This document shows, in pieces, positions 38,768 through 53,900 of a stretch of DNA of 64,000 bases (position 1 is the stretch's first letter; each line of letters starts with the position of its first letter). Below the pieces are notes generated by a model, which was not told where the DNA came from, ran no database searches, and saw only the letters and a list, made by a program, of their open reading frames with translations. The position numbers were made by a program, and so were the translations under genes. Source of the stretch: Nitrospirales bacterium (GTDB lineage: Bacteria; Nitrospirota; Nitrospiria; Nitrospirales; UBA8639). Location of the stretch: the NCBI GenBank assembly GCA_965203295.1, contig CBDBCZ010000018.1, positions 1,696,001 through 1,760,000 of the forward strand, given 5' to 3'.

Positions 38768-40137
38768 ATCTTGCAGGACTTCCCTATGAGCCTTGCAAGA
38801 ATTCACACAAGATTTTAATGCCTACCATCTTGCAAGATTTTTGTTGCAAGATGAGAAATCTTGCTAGGGTAGAATGCCTACTGTCATAGTTCTCATGCAG
38901 CTACAACATATAGCTCACCAGGCCTGGCAGAATTTTTCCAGCACTGTCTCTGGCATTCGACATAGCCAAATTATGGGCGCACTCCCACTTTTCAAACATC
39001 GCAACTGTGGTTGAAAGGTAGATATAAGCAGTCTGGTGGAGCTAGCTCTTCGCGAGCCCCACGTAGTTCAGAGTTCTCGCAGCAGCGCTCAGCGTTACGC
39101 GCCGCGCACGAAGTCACATGTGGCTAATCCCAGCTTGTAGTTAATCCCAGCACAGCTACAATAACCAATGGTTATGCATGGTTATTGCATTTATGATCTC
39201 AGCCCCGCCCACTAAGCGCATATACTGATATAGAATCTGGCGCCGGTGTAAGGGCGATTTGGGGACCCCCGCGATATGGGGACCCCGTCCCAAAAACGCT
39301 AGCGATGTGAGGACCCCCACGGGCCCTATTTCGCTAGCGGTACGGGGATCCCGTACCGCTATGTATGTACAATTCTCATTCTGTTATCAGCATCTCAGCT
39401 AGAGTTGCCAAACTACAGATCACCTGCTTAAAGGTTAGTAAAGTAATTGCTCAGGTTCTCTTTTTGGCACTTGGTTGTGAAGTTGGATTAGCAAAGGCAT
39501 GTCACTGATACCTGTCTTCCTCATAGTCTCGCGAACCAGCGAGGGGCTGGCTCACGAGACTATCTTCCTATACTAGTACTAATACTATGAACCAGATTCC
39601 TTAACCAGCATTAGATAGCAGTTATTGCTATGCTGATAGAAGGGCTTCCAAAGATCTAGGTTCCATGCTCTAAGGGAAAATTATTTACAAGCATAGACAG
39701 TAGAGTACTATAACCCATCATAACCAAGCAGTCTAAACGATAAGCCAGGTAGCATTTATATATTGATCGGAGTTCTCTTTCCACCAACCATGAATTTGGC
39801 GTCTCAAAACTTTCATTGTCAAAGGAATGCTGACTTTTTAACTGCTGTGCTGCTGTCTTCATCAGGGCAGACATCAATACAGTAGCTACAGGCCAAACCA
39901 AAAGCAAAGAATTCAAAGTCTTCGGGATTAGTCTAGCCTACTCAGCTCCTAGAAGGGAAGCCCTAGCCTCATACCTAGGCCTTCCCTGCACTCGCGAAAG
40001 TGCGGGGAAGGCCTGGGTACAAGGCTAGTTATGCCCAGTATTCTTATTTATTCTCAAATAGATTTGGTATTCAGAAACAGGAGTACCTTTTCCTTCTCTT
40101 CAACTGTGAACTGGATGGTGGGATGTATACCATTGAG

Positions 40138-40235
40138 TAGTCTCGGTACCAGCCCACCTATCAAGTCGGAGATCGCTTACAGTATCCCGCCACTAAGCGA
40201 TCTCCGACTTGATAGGTGGGCTGGTACCGAGACTA
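40138..40235. mobile_element. TAG...CTA hairpin MITE (~40-bp TIR) with perfect 9-bp TSD (ACCATTGAG)
   Basis: tagtctcggtaccagcccacctatcaagtcggagatcgctta...taagcgatctccgacttgataggtgggctggtaccgagacta. Confidence 0.92.
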
Positions 40236-42653
40236 ACCATTGAGATGGTAGTAAATGTTTTGTAGCATTATAGCACACTGAATAATAAAAGTTTGAAAGA
40301 AATCATTTAAAAATGAAAGAGCATGTAGGGATGGAATCGCAAAAGAGTAACCAAACAAGGTAGCAATGACACAACAGAGCTTGATTCTACACCCCCATCC
40401 CTAACCCTGCATGAATGCAATTAGTGCCTGGCATGCCCGTATTTTACTTCTGAACTCTTGTGTCCAAGTGACAGGTAACAACATACATAGAAAGCATTCA
40501 CATACAGCATTCAACTACAGCAATAAAAGAACATAGGTAAAACAATATCACTTATCAGATGATAAAGGCACATGTATCTGACATGTTCATTTCACTTCCA
40601 ACCTACACAGAAATAATCAAATGTGTTACTATATATACACAATATGTTATAGCTAAACTATCCCCTAGACACTTTTACCAGTAATCAGGAGACTTTTCCA
40701 GGTAAACCAGCAATACATGAGACACTTTTAGTAATGGTCCCAAGGCTCATGGCATGAGTTACAAGAATGTTCTAAGTTACAATGAATGTACATATTGCTA
40801 CACTAGACGAAGTTAAGTGTTTCAGCAAATTACAAATTCTGTCCATAGTGGCTATCTTGCCATAATACATGTCTGTACTATTTTCCGACCATAAGCAACA
40901 CTTAATTCTACTCATGTGACCTTCAACAGATCAGAAGTCTCAAAATCGATCATATGAGTGTGCATTAAATTGCTTAATTCACACATACGTAGTAGCTAAT
41001 GTAGTATGGTTTGTACACTCTCCCAGAAGCTTCTGAAATAGTTTTCCACAAAAAAAGAAACTAAATATAGCTGTCCTGGGCAAAGTCCACGACAACTATA
41101 ACTTAGTACCAGCTGGGGTGCACTTCATGTTTATCTGGGTGGTAAAAACTACAAATAGTGCTCCCAGAATAGATCGGTTTAATATTATATACACAAACAT
41201 AGCACAACCTACCAACTAGCATAAGTCTTTCAGACTCAAGTAGTTCCGGGGAATCTTTCAGCCTGCATGTACATGTAGATGAACGGCACTGACTTTATTT
41301 TATGCACGTCTAGCATAGCAGTTACAGCTGTGCACGGTTTACACTTACAGTATCGTGCAATCATGGTTTATTAGTGGACGTCACATCCGTTACACACGCA
41401 CAGGCGCACACAGAACCAAATGTAAAGTATAGGTGCATACCTCATTCTGGAGCTACTGTGCTACACTGACCGTATTCTCTGTAGGCATCTATAGTTTGCT
41501 TCTTATATGACATAATTTAGACATACTTCCAAGTTAAAATTCCCACTATCAGATTGTGTACATGTTGTCATTAAATAAGTTACCTTCGCAGAAGTGAAAT
41601 GCTGTTTTCATTTACTGCTTCTCCATCAGATAACACAGATGACGTGATTGTAATGTCAGAGGCAGAAGAATGAATGGCTGTGCACGACTCCTACAGTGGG
41701 AATCAATGGTTGTACACTGCACTACTATGTATTCCAGCAACCCCAGCAAGCTTCCTCTGTAATTACTACTACATGGTGATCTTTATCAAGGCAGTTACTA
41801 CAAAAGCACTATTGTGTATCAACTGCCTGATGTACAGGCACCCCAAAATCAGAGCAACAATCTAGGATAAAAAGGTGTAATTTCTTACCCTAATATGCAA
41901 TGTTTGCAGGAAGAACTTAAGACTAGAAAAAACTAAGCACACGATATGTAATTCTAGATAACATGCAGATTAAGCTAAAAACATTATATTATACCTACCA
42001 TATGAGGTGCACTGATAGTTGCATGATAACCTAATGAAAAAAAACATAAGCATTATGAACAAAGCATTATTGAAGCATCATAGACTATTGTTGTTAACAA
42101 GCTGAATATTCTGATCAGGCTCTTCCCCTGTTACATGAAGGCTGGCCAGTAACAAACTGCACAGTTGCCAGGCAGTTAAGGTACCAAGAACACTCAACTC
42201 TGCAACACCGTGGTGAAATACTACCCTTTCACTTGGCAACTCTACATTCCTGTGAACTCATTAATTCAGCGCTGTTTCATCGTTACAGTGCACCCGAGGC
42301 TACAGGAAAGCACCTGCACCTAGCTGTTACAATGTATTCATTTATATGCACAGGTGCTTTCACCAATATTTTTCATAGGCTCCTGCTTCAAATGGGAGAA
42401 TCAAAGTCGTAACTCTATCTACTGAGTTAGAGATACAATTATTTCGCTGGTATCTAGTCTTGTTGCCATGCAGTCACCGTTGTGTAGCTTTTAATACATG
42501 CATGTGTAGTGTACTTTCATCTGTTCATGCAACAAGATACATGTAGATATCTGCAGTCACATTTTATGTTAAACATCCAAGGCTTTGTTTAGCAACCGGT
42601 CACTTAATACATCTGTAGAACACATCAGCGTTGCAAGACTGTTTCATCCTATA

Positions 42654-43115
42654 TACCGTATAGCCGGAAAATTTGGTGAGGACTTTAATTTGGCGGTTTG
42701 GCGAATCGTAAAAAATCACTAAATTAAATTCTCGCCAAATTAAATTCTAACGCATTATGTAATACATAACACCCACGCGCGCATGCAGCTACAAGAAAGA
42801 AGGTTCCCACTCCACGTACGTGTTTCCCCTCGTCCGGGAAGGATATCAAACTCGCTAACAAAGCTGTAAAGCGCTCTCTATCTGGAAACTCGAAGCATGT
42901 CACAGTCATCTCGAGGCAAGTATAACACTAGTCTTACACGCCAGAAGGGCACAAATTGGAAAGTATGCCGCTGACAACAGAGCGACAAAGGCCGCTACAC
43001 TCTTTTCGAAGCTTTTGGATAGTAAGATCAGTGAGCCCAATGCCTCCATTCTCGATTTCAGTGACAAAAACTTTACATTTTCAGCAGCGTTGCCAAATTT
43101 TCCGGCTATAAGGTA
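42654..43115. mobile_element. TIR MITE (taccgtatagccggaaaatttgg ... ccaaattttccggctataaggta)
   Basis: ~23-bp terminal inverted repeats with one mismatch and TA at both ends. Confidence 0.75.
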
Positions 43116-46100
43116 AGTAACTAAAACATATGACTGCACAAACTCACAGCGGATTTCTAGCAAAACCTAATTACCAGAACTGCTACATACATTGTACCTA
43201 TCATTCTCTTTGAGTCTACACAACACAAATTTAAGCATGCAAACCTCCGGTAGCTTTTGTTGGGCTACATGCAGGATATACACACAAGCTGCAAAGCAAC
43301 AGACTACATTTGCATAGTTATAGTCACTTGAAAGGCATCACCACAGTGTACAAACCCCATGTACTTGGGCTGGTGCCTTTCAAGCCAGGGTCCATATATA
43401 CACTACCCTAGGGTGCATGAGGGTTGCTGGGCAATTGTGATCTCAAAACTGTGAAACAATTAGCAGGTACTATAAAAGCTACTATGGCACAAAGTCATCT
43501 CTACCTTGGGTCTCTAAGGTGTATAGGATTTGTACCCTCATGCAGTTGTGAGTCTTCTCTGGGCCTTCCCCCTAAAAAGACACAACTGCCCTTGGGTACA
43601 AATCCCTACACCTAGAAACCCAAATGCAAAACTGCAGACATACAGATAGGCACAGAGACCACCTGGCAGATCATCTATTCCCAGTCTGTGTAGTTTGGAA
43701 AAACCTTTCATATTACGGAACTGTAATGGTGAGAACTAACCTATTGATTGAGGAGAATCGTAGTATGGACTATGGGGACAGTAGTTCTTGCGATCTACAG
43801 CCTTCATACTTGCTTCTACTCTGGGACTTTGAATGATGTGTTGTTCTAGCCGGTACAGAAAAACATGTTCGAATGTAATATACATGTTCTGAAAGTATTG
43901 CTTACACATGTTAATTAGCTTTATACACAATGGGCCACTTTTGAAGTCATATATTGGCGGCTCATGAACCATTTTCACCCCATCAGAATCCTCTTAGCAC
44001 AGAATCCTTGGGCACTAGCTGCCTTTGCACATAGAGTACAACGCATGTACATGTATACCCACCACTTGTAATGCATACGAACATTTCTCAATTCTTAAAG
44101 AAAACTGTTATAAAATAATCATACAACAACACATTTTTAAGTGAATCCTATAGAGTGCTACTACTGTATCTATGAGAATGTATGTGGACTCCAAAGTTGG
44201 GTTCTCCACAGGAAGCTGATGACTGAGCAAAAGTTACCTCAGGATATACTGATCCAGAACTGATTCTACTGTAGTGCTAGTCTCATTCCCAGGCCTCCAC
44301 ACAGCTTTTGTCGCTTGCAGTAACGAGGCTACTGCAGTGCAACTAATACTAATGTGCCTATTACATGTACATATTGATAACCAACTGCTACACAAGCTTT
44401 GGTCCCCCATCCCGGACCAAATCTATCAGGAGCAGTATAAAACAAATCGGTACCGCCAAAAAAGAAATAGTCCCTCTTGATTAGCATTAGGGAGCCATTC
44501 CTTTCAGCTGTGTGTACAAGAAATGGTGCCAAATGTATCACTGCAATCACCTCTATCCACAAGCAGGAAGTCCTTGAAATTAGGATAACATACCTTTCTG
44601 TTTTTCTCAACTTTGTATGTAGTGCAGCTCTAGCTATCTTTTAGAACTTTTTGGACAATGCGCTGCAGCCCTCTTGATAGAAATTTGTAAACTACATATA
44701 CCTGCCCTACCAGCTCACATTCATTTGTTGCTGTCTTTCCCATTCCATTTCAGCAAATTTCACTCGTAGCGTGGCTTGGTTGCATAGTGCCATTGGCTTA
44801 TAAGGGAAATCATGACAGGAACAGAGTGATCATCCTACTAGGAAGGGGGACCGAATTACGCATTTCTAGACCACTACCTCAAAGCCTCATCTACTATCTC
44901 AGTAATCTTCAGTACCTCTACACAGTTTCACTTCCCACTCAGTGCCTAGTAGTAATCTAGGATACACTTCTCATCCTCTTGACTCTATATACACAACAAC
45001 CGCTTAAGTTTGCACCTATTCCTCCTGCCTTTCAAAAATTCTACCCCTATAACTTCCTATATTGTTTCATTGTATATTTAATTTAATTTTTAGAAGACCA
45101 GCCAAGTATCTTTTAGCTGCTCCTATGTAGCTGAATAGATTCTAAAGAAGCTGCCTCCATATTACAAGCTCACACTTCACTACCATCCTCTAAAGTGGGG
45201 CAAAGTACCAAAATTAACACTCCAACTGTATTGATATTTCTAAGTTTTTTCTTTCCACTTTAATTACCCTCTGTACATGATTGTATCATGACTAATTCAA
45301 TGCCCAAGTAACAGTAAATTGCAACCCTTTTACATATCTCCCCACTTCCATTGTGAACTCTTCCAGAGAAGAAAGCTTTCTCAGAGAGTAAAGAAATCCC
45401 GAAAAATCGGGACCCAGCTGGGGATTGAACCTGAACAGTTAACCTATTTAGAAAATATCATAACAGCACTCTTTGTATAGCTTAGAGCACGGGCAGCTAT
45501 GTTCTAACTAGGCCGAGGCGAAGCCGAGGTCTAGTTAGAACACAGAGCTGCCCATGCTCTGAGCCATTTAGTATATGCACATCTTCAGCTTCTTATGCTC
45601 TATGGGATTCTTACTATCTATTATTACGCCTGGTTGTGTCCGTGTGTTCGTTCGTCCGTTCGTTCGTTCGTCCATCCATGCGTACGTGTGAAAAACGGAA
45701 ACGGAAGCCGCATGCGTGCGCTCCCGGATGAACTTTCACCTGTGACCAGAGAAGTTCACGGTCACAGGTCAAAGTACCACGTGTCTGTATTTAAGTGCGA
45801 GATGGTGCTAGCTCTTTCCAGCGACTACAAGCCGTTGTTTCACGATGTCAGGCACTTTTTCACAAAGAATAGTGGCGGTATAGTGAAAGCCAAGCAGAGA
45901 TATAACTGCTGTGCTAGGCTAACCACATCGATGTGCATTAAATGGAGTCGGTGCCGTTCGCCTGAGCTGCATGTAGCCTGTGGTATAGCTAGGCTACAGT
46001 GCTAGCTTACCTTTGAGGTCTAGCAGCTGTTTGTAGTCTCTCCTCTGAGTCACTGCCTCCGGTAGAATGTGGTGTGCACATTTACTGACATTGAACTTTT

Positions 46101-47276
46101 CTTATTATGTATGAACATGCAAGTAGTCATGCTGAGAATAGAATCTGCCATTCACTTACACGATACACTAGGCCATGGCTGTGAAGAGCGAGGCTATAGT
46201 CCTATACTGATTTTTTCATGTAAAAAAATAATTCATTTCAAGCAGCATATGGACAAAAGTTGTAATGGCTTCCAATTCTGATTAAGAGTCCATTCCTTCA
46301 GTGTTCATACTTCAGTTTTTATTGATAGCTTATAGCTCTAAAGCTAGTGGCTAGCTGTATTGGGGTCTATTGGAGAGGCAGCAGGAACGCTGCTTTGAGA
46401 TAGGTTTGGATAGGCAGTTCTGAGAATGTTGTAACTCTACAACGGTGCATGACAACACTTTTATCCAGCACACTATACTACTAATTAGTATGGGACTACT
46501 AATTAGTATGGGACAATGTCAAGTGTGTTGGTTTTCATTAGGGGAATATAGAATACACTTCTATTTCAATAGTTACATGTACGCAGCATACCGTATTTGT
46601 TCTAATTACAGAACCGCCCTAATAGAAGCACAGAATGTGGTTTTTAATTAGACTTCTTGCCACTTGGATGAGATTCTTATTATAAAAAAAGACCAATTTG
46701 TATTCAGGCATATATAAATGGATGTTCTGTAATCCCTTGAACTATCGCAGACAACGGTAACCACTTCGAAAGACTGTGAGAGGGTTCTGTGATACAACCC
46801 ACCCACATGCCAGTTGAGGAAGTGCTCATGTGAGCCTACACAACTGTACTATCTGGCGTTCTAAAGAGTGGTGGATTCGAGTCAACCATAGCAGACAAAC
46901 CACGAAAAATTGTACTCATATGAGAACCACACTTACCACAATCAGTGTGTAGGAATCAAAAGAGACTGAGGAACTGGCAGAACTGCAGACAAACATCTTG
47001 CTTGATTTTCTGCTGACCGTGATATGCCTCGCATCAGGCCTATTACTGAGCTTGCATGAGATCAGGACGCTCTCAACGCCCCCTCACAATTACGTAAGCT
47101 CATATTTGCGAGTACCTATATACCTGTACACTGGGTCACACATCTTGGCGAGTCTGAGTTGCATGCACCGATCGCTGACGCATCAGGACCGGTGTTTGTC
47201 GTCATTGGCCGGTGAGTGAGAGGCTTAAGTGACGGGCCGCAGACCTATCCCAGCCTAGTCTAGCCCTTGCAAATTA

Positions 47277-47398
47277 TAGTCTCGGTACCAGCCCACCTAT
47301 CAAGTCGGAGATCGCTTACAGTGTAAGCGATCTCCGACTTGATAGGTGGGCTACTGTAAGCGATCTCCGACTTGATAGGTGGGCTGGTACCGAGACTA
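47277..47398. mobile_element. Same subfamily as 40138-40235, with an internal arm duplication and perfect TSD TGCAAATTA
   Basis: Identical TIR sequence; TSD at 47268-47276 and 47399-47407. Confidence 0.92.
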
Positions 47399-50300
47399 TG
47401 CAAATTATTGGTCACTTAAATTTTGTGGATGCACTAAATATCTAGCCTCGCTCCCAGGCTCTCCAAAGCTGTGCGGAGGCCTGGGAACGAAGCTAATAAA
47501 TATCTACTTGTATATATTCTGCAGTTTTTTATAACAGTGTAGATGTTTCAGTACTACACTAGATCTACAACCCGAAATACAAACTGCTAGTTGGATTTCC
47601 AGAAGGTTATTAACATTGTTGGATGTTTGTGCGTAATACAAACTTCCAAAAAATTCTTTGCAACCTGCTACCCACAGATGATTGCTACACTGGAGGCAGG
47701 GATGATCCCAACCCTAAACTGGCCCTAACCTATTCCTAATCCTAAGCCTGATCGTGTTCTTCAGTTATCAAAAAGCTCGAATTAGTTCAGCAGTGATAAC
47801 AAGCACTCTTGAGTGGACGCTTGCCATTCACATGCCATTGTATGGTAGGCTACACATACGCAGACTGCTTGTCACCACGTGTTCGTTTATTTAACGCCTA
47901 CCTTTGATCGTGAAGACTGCTTGGGCCTGTGCTAGATAGGCCTTGGCATATAATGCTCAAATTTTAAATAATAATTTTTGCTCATTAGATTAGCCAATTG
48001 TGCTCAGATTTAAGCTCAGTCAAATGAATAAAATGACTTACAACACAAAACAAATAACACATCACAATAACACCAAAAACCACTGCGTCGGGAAACTTCG
48101 GGTGCTGCTGTTCACTATCACTGCCACAGCGGCTGTAATCTCAAATCACAGTGCAGTGTGTGTACGGATACCATTCTCCCCACATCTCTGATTACCCAGG
48201 ATGGTCTCTGTAAATGCACTGCACTGTAATTTGTAGCTACTCTGCATACGTATAATGCAGTGGGCTGTGATGTGTAGGTAGTCTATGAACGTATTTCGGT
48301 GCAAGTTATATAGCTTGTTTCCTTTGTTTTTGTGGTAGTGCATCCCTACATGAATGGTTTTTGCACTTTTCTGCTTTTTTGTAACTTTATATTTAGAGAC
48401 CTGCAGTTTTTCCTTAGTGACTATGGTTTTTAACAGGTCTTATCCCACATTACATCATCTCTAATACATTTTATTGGACGGGAGCAGTAGAATATATAGG
48501 CGCATATCCTACAGTTCTGTACTTCCTTAGTTACATATTAGAAAAATAACCTCAAGCTATTTCACGATAGTTACACACATGCGCAGTAGTAGGATAAGTC
48601 AGATAGACCACGCCCCAGCGGAGGATATGCGCCCAAAATATCCTCCTTGGATACGGTTTTATCCCTCGGCTGCGCCTCGGGTAAAACTGCATCTGCGGAG
48701 GATATATAGGCGCATATCCTCCGCTGGGGCGTGGTCTATCCTATACATAAACGTTTTTGCTGAATTATTAATTAGGCTGCCATTGTGCTGAATTTATAAC
48801 TGCACAACTTTATTTGTACTGTACAATCAAGGATGGACAAACTGACTCCATTCTCTACACTGCCGCTCTAAGTCGACAAATTATGCTAGCACAATGAGAA
48901 TAATAGGTACTCAATAGCATTACATAGTTATGCTGGAGTAATTGGTATATTTTTTCAGAACTGTGAGAATAATAGGCTATAAGTTAGCTTACCTATGAAA
49001 ATATGTAACTCACATCCGGTCTCTAACCTTATCTTAGCTAGTTAGTTTTAGTGCTGAGATCGAGACAAATAATGCTGCTATATTATGCCTATCAGGCTCC
49101 TCATTCCCACGTACCTCCCCACTCTAACAGCTATCACACAGGCACATCCATTCAGTCAACCACTTTCTAGTCATACTTTGTGTAAGAGACCCAAAACTTT
49201 GCATGCCTGCCTGGAGAACTGATTTTTGGTTCTATGTACATGTACCTCCACCTCTTGTGTGAACCAGATTTAACTCTTAATCAGCCAAGTTTTTTCAGAC
49301 TTTCAGTGATATAGCTCAATGTGAATTTATACGTATTTTTTATATTAGGCGTTTTTATAAAATCAATAAAGTACATGCTTTTTATAAAATATGGGCACCT
49401 GAGAAAGAGTTAAAACCGTCCATTAAATCAAGACTGCATTTGATCCAATTCAGCACTTTAGCAAAGAGTACTTTTTGAATGCAAAAAAAGTTTGAATGTC
49501 ATCTTAATACTGCATAATTGCCAATTTGCTTCAATGGAGGAACTTACATTAATGCCAAAGACTGGCAAGCTGCCAAGAAATCTTGCTGTGAAGCAAATCT
49601 GAGCAACAGCCATTAATTCGCCATTGTGCATTAAGCAATTCACCATCCCTCTAAAACCTTAGCTACATGTAGTTATCAACCTATGGGAATATCTTACTTA
49701 ATTCTCGGGAGTGTCAAGTACTTACGTACCTAGTGTTAGGGTTATTGTTGCTGCACAGAGTGAGTGCATTGTGCAGGGAAGGCCTGATGGGAATGAGGCT
49801 AACTGTGGCACCAAGTGCTTCTTTGATTATTATGTATGTATGCTGCTAGTAGCACAGTAAAGCACAGATCAAGAGTTCAGCAAGTGGCATTTGTGGGGGT
49901 GACCCGTTTCACCTATGTATGCCACAAGCAGCACAATGAACAGCTGACTGACTAATTTAGGACTTATTCATACACCCCAGGCAGTTAGATTTGCACCCTG
50001 AATAATGTCAGGTAGCATTAACAACACTGATTTAGGTTAATTAATGAACCCTTGATGTCCTGACTGAAAATGTTTGTCACTTGATTCATCACCTGATTCA
50101 TTATACCTGGTGATGCTGTAAAAGGGGAAACCCCCTGCAATGCACAGCAGCCTCATTTGTTGTGAGAGAAATGCTAGTGGTCTTAGATAAGTGGTCCCAT
50201 CTTGAGTGTAAGAAACAATTAGGGACGTGTATTTTGTCTATGCTCTTTATCCTTGCCCTGGACACTGCTAGCATGCATACTATTTTAATGGTTAGGTTAT

Positions 50301-50571
50301 AGAAGCCTTGTAGCCTTTGGGTCTATTGTATCTATATAGCTGGGAAGCTGACTCTGTGCTGCTGTGGTGCTTCATTGATGATTAGCCTGTAATGTCTTGA
50401 GCGGAGTCTCTTTCATAATTAACAGACAGCACATTGGCTTTCTTTACCTCAATCTGTTCTACTGTGCGACTTGCCATTGTTGGACTGTGAAATAATGCTT
50501 CTTTATGTGTTTGTGGGATAATTGGTAAAAGATATGTATACATGTATACCATAGGCTGAGGAAGCTTTCAA

Positions 50572-50771
<200 letters not shown>

Positions 50772-50938
50772 GAGGGTGGGGGGGTGGAAGGCTGCTACAA
50801 AGCTATCTGGCTTCTGCAGTGCCACCTGTGTGTGTGATGTAATGAATTAATGAAACGGCAAGGGTGTTGAATTTGTGTGGAACTGCCCCCCCCCCCTCCC
50901 CCTGCTCAACTGACGAGCTTCTTCCTTGTCCACCACAG

Positions 50939-53900
50939 AATAAAGCAAGGAAGTTTGCTTCTACTCATGATGGCCGCCTGCAGAGTGAGCTAGTGAAGGA
51001 ACTGATGGCCGGTGTTCTGGAGGAGGTGGCACCAAGGCTGCTGCTAACCTCTGTTCCTGAGACCATTGCCTTCCTCCTGGGAGGGCTGTCTACTGTGCCA
51101 GCTGTCGGGAGCTTTTCATTTCACATGGCAACTGCTGTCGTCATCATGTTACTGCTGCAGGTAGAGTGTGCTATATCCTCAGTGTACCCATTCTGAGTAA
51201 TGTATAATGTCCATGCATAGAAACATATCAGCTAGTAGTACAAGTGTACGTTTATGATTTTTACATGGTGATTCAGCACCTGTAACATTTGCTGATGTGA
51301 TAATTGTGTGAGGGCAGATGGATAACAGCTATATAGCTAGTGATTCTTTCCCTTTGAGACACCGTTTTAACCTCAGTTTATGATACTCGTAATAATGTAC
51401 TCAGCCAAGTTATGATCTGAGAATTAACAGGATTCAGTTAACCTAAATTAAGAGCATAATTTTGTTTCACTGGTATGTATGTGTTTTGCTGAACCCTAAG
51501 TTTGTCCTATATCTTCCTGCAGCTCTCTGTGTTTGTCAGTGTCATGGCCCTGACTGCCAGGAGGGGCATGGTACGTGAATAGGCAGTTCAGTGGTACTAA
51601 GGAATGATCATCTCTGTTACGTACGTACGTCCTTGCACTGAGACGGAACAGAAGGCACTGGTCAGTGAATAGTGAGAACTTAAACCAAATCAGTCAACAT
51701 GGGAGAGATAGTTTACAGCAAATACGCCTACTAGGTCTGTACTAGGTCTCTTTTGTACAATCCTAATGAAGCCTGACAGATGGAAACGCCTGACATGAAA
51801 CCTAGCTAGTGACCACAAATGTGAAAACAAAAGAGCAAAATGCTGAACAATAATTATGTACATAACTGGAATGTACTAGTAACTATTATGCACTGCCTGG
51901 CCTTAAGCAGTATCCTTAATGATACTAAATATATCCTTTGCCTAGTTTCTGAATGGAATTTGGATCAACACGTGATCCTATAAGTAAGCATTATCTAACC
52001 ACTACTAAGTAACACCACATGCACATGCACATACGCACAGATGAGTTTGTTGTCAGAGAAGTTCACTCCTTCCGTGGGGCAGAAGACGGCTCAGTGGTTC
52101 TGGGAGTGGTTTACCAAGCTGGTCCTGCATTTGCTAGTGCGGCCCCTTGTCCTGCTGTTCTTTGGGCTGACACTGACCTGCTCTCTGGCATGCCTTTGTA
52201 GGATAAGCATTGGTTTGGATCCAACGACTGCCTTCCCCAAGGTTAGTAACTGGTTGTCCACCATGCAGAGTATAATAAATTTTACTCAGTGAAGTCTGTA
52301 GTGTATAATAGCATTTTAGCATGCCCCCTTCCCCCACTCCCCTCCCCAGGACTCCTATCTGGTACCCTACTTCTGCAGCATGAAGGAAAACCTTCATGAT
52401 AGACCACCAGTCTACTTTGTGATCAGGGAAGGCTACAACTGTATAACCAAAACAAGGTACTGGAGTTTCATGTGCACAACTATGTGTAACCCCTAACTAT
52501 GTACGTATGAAATGGAGCAGTTATAGTATACTGGCTAGGGGAATGTAGAGCATTGTGGGATGGGCATGAGCAAGCTCTCTACCTCGTTCATTGTAGTATG
52601 GCATGTCGATGGTCCGTAGCTCCAGCCCTCACCCTCGTGTAGTTTGCTGGTGACCTGGAGACATGCCTGCTCTCCTCTGCTGGCGTCGACTTAAAGAGCT
52701 TAATTTTGTGGTGATCATGTGCATTTATGAATGCTATGGCAGCAGCATGGGTACATACATGTGTTATTACTGTGTGTGTTGCAGTTGCATGCCTTAGGAT
52801 AGCTAAATGTACATTGTACCAGATGATTGCAAGTGTGTATTTCTCTTGATTTAGATCTGCTGTCTGTCTGGTTGTGACACTGACTCCGTTTGGAACCAAA
52901 TTATCAAAGCCTCACAGCTACCACACTAGTGAGCACTCTTATATACATACGTATATAGTACAATCAAAGATGTGATAGAGCTGCAGATAACAGTCTCTTC
53001 AGAAACACAAGGCCAAGTAACTTCTCACTTACGATCTGTGTTGAAACAGCATTTCCTTAATTTCCTATTTGTCAAAGTGTAATTATGGCATGAGGGTCGA
53101 TTTATGTTAATCCGAAACTTGCTACAGCCGATATTTCTAACTGAATGTTGTGATACTGATTTGTGGAGGACTGTTATCAGTTCTCTTTCAGCGGGACCGA
53201 AATCTGTCTGCATCTCTCAAACAGTCTTCACTTTTTCTAAATCAACTGGAATAGTTCTGGAGAATTTCAAATAGAATTCCTTCACAATTATGTACTGTTC
53301 TAAAGAGAAATATGACAATGAGTGTACATATAAATTTCCTTCTGCTCCACCCTCTCTGTTACTAAGAAACCACCCTTGCTCCACTAGTACATCTAGCTTC
53401 CATTCTAATCAACTCTGGTAATTTGTTCACACACCATACGCAGCACCCACATAGCTGAGCCCAGTGAACTGTGGCTGGATGCCTACCTGGAGTGGCTCTC
53501 CCCTGAGAGTGGCTGCTGTGGCTACCATAGCGACACTGGCACACCAAAACAGTGCTTCTCTCCAGGTAGTGGAGTAGGAATGTACATGTTTCTTTTAGCT
53601 GCTTAAATGCATGAATTGATCACAGCCATTTTACAGTAGTGTCTACACGTAAATACAAGTTGTTATGCAGTTGGTAATTGCATAACAAGAGGTGGTGCAT
53701 TCTATGAATGCAAGAGTTATGCTTTTCCCAGGAGCTACTCACTTGTAACGGCCCTCTGTTGAGCTCCATACATAAGCTAAGAGATGGCGAATTTCACATC
53801 CTGTTTAGTAATTGTTGTAGTCTCTAACTCGCCCATTTTTTATGACGGACAGACAGCCGGTGACAGATCGACAGAGCCAATAGCTTAACCTGCTTTGCAC

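Noticed and set aside
37860..43490. ~240-bp duplicated block (37860-38105 / 43250-43490) with short ORFs
   Set aside because: The ORFs are not conserved between copies; an ordinary dispersed repeat.
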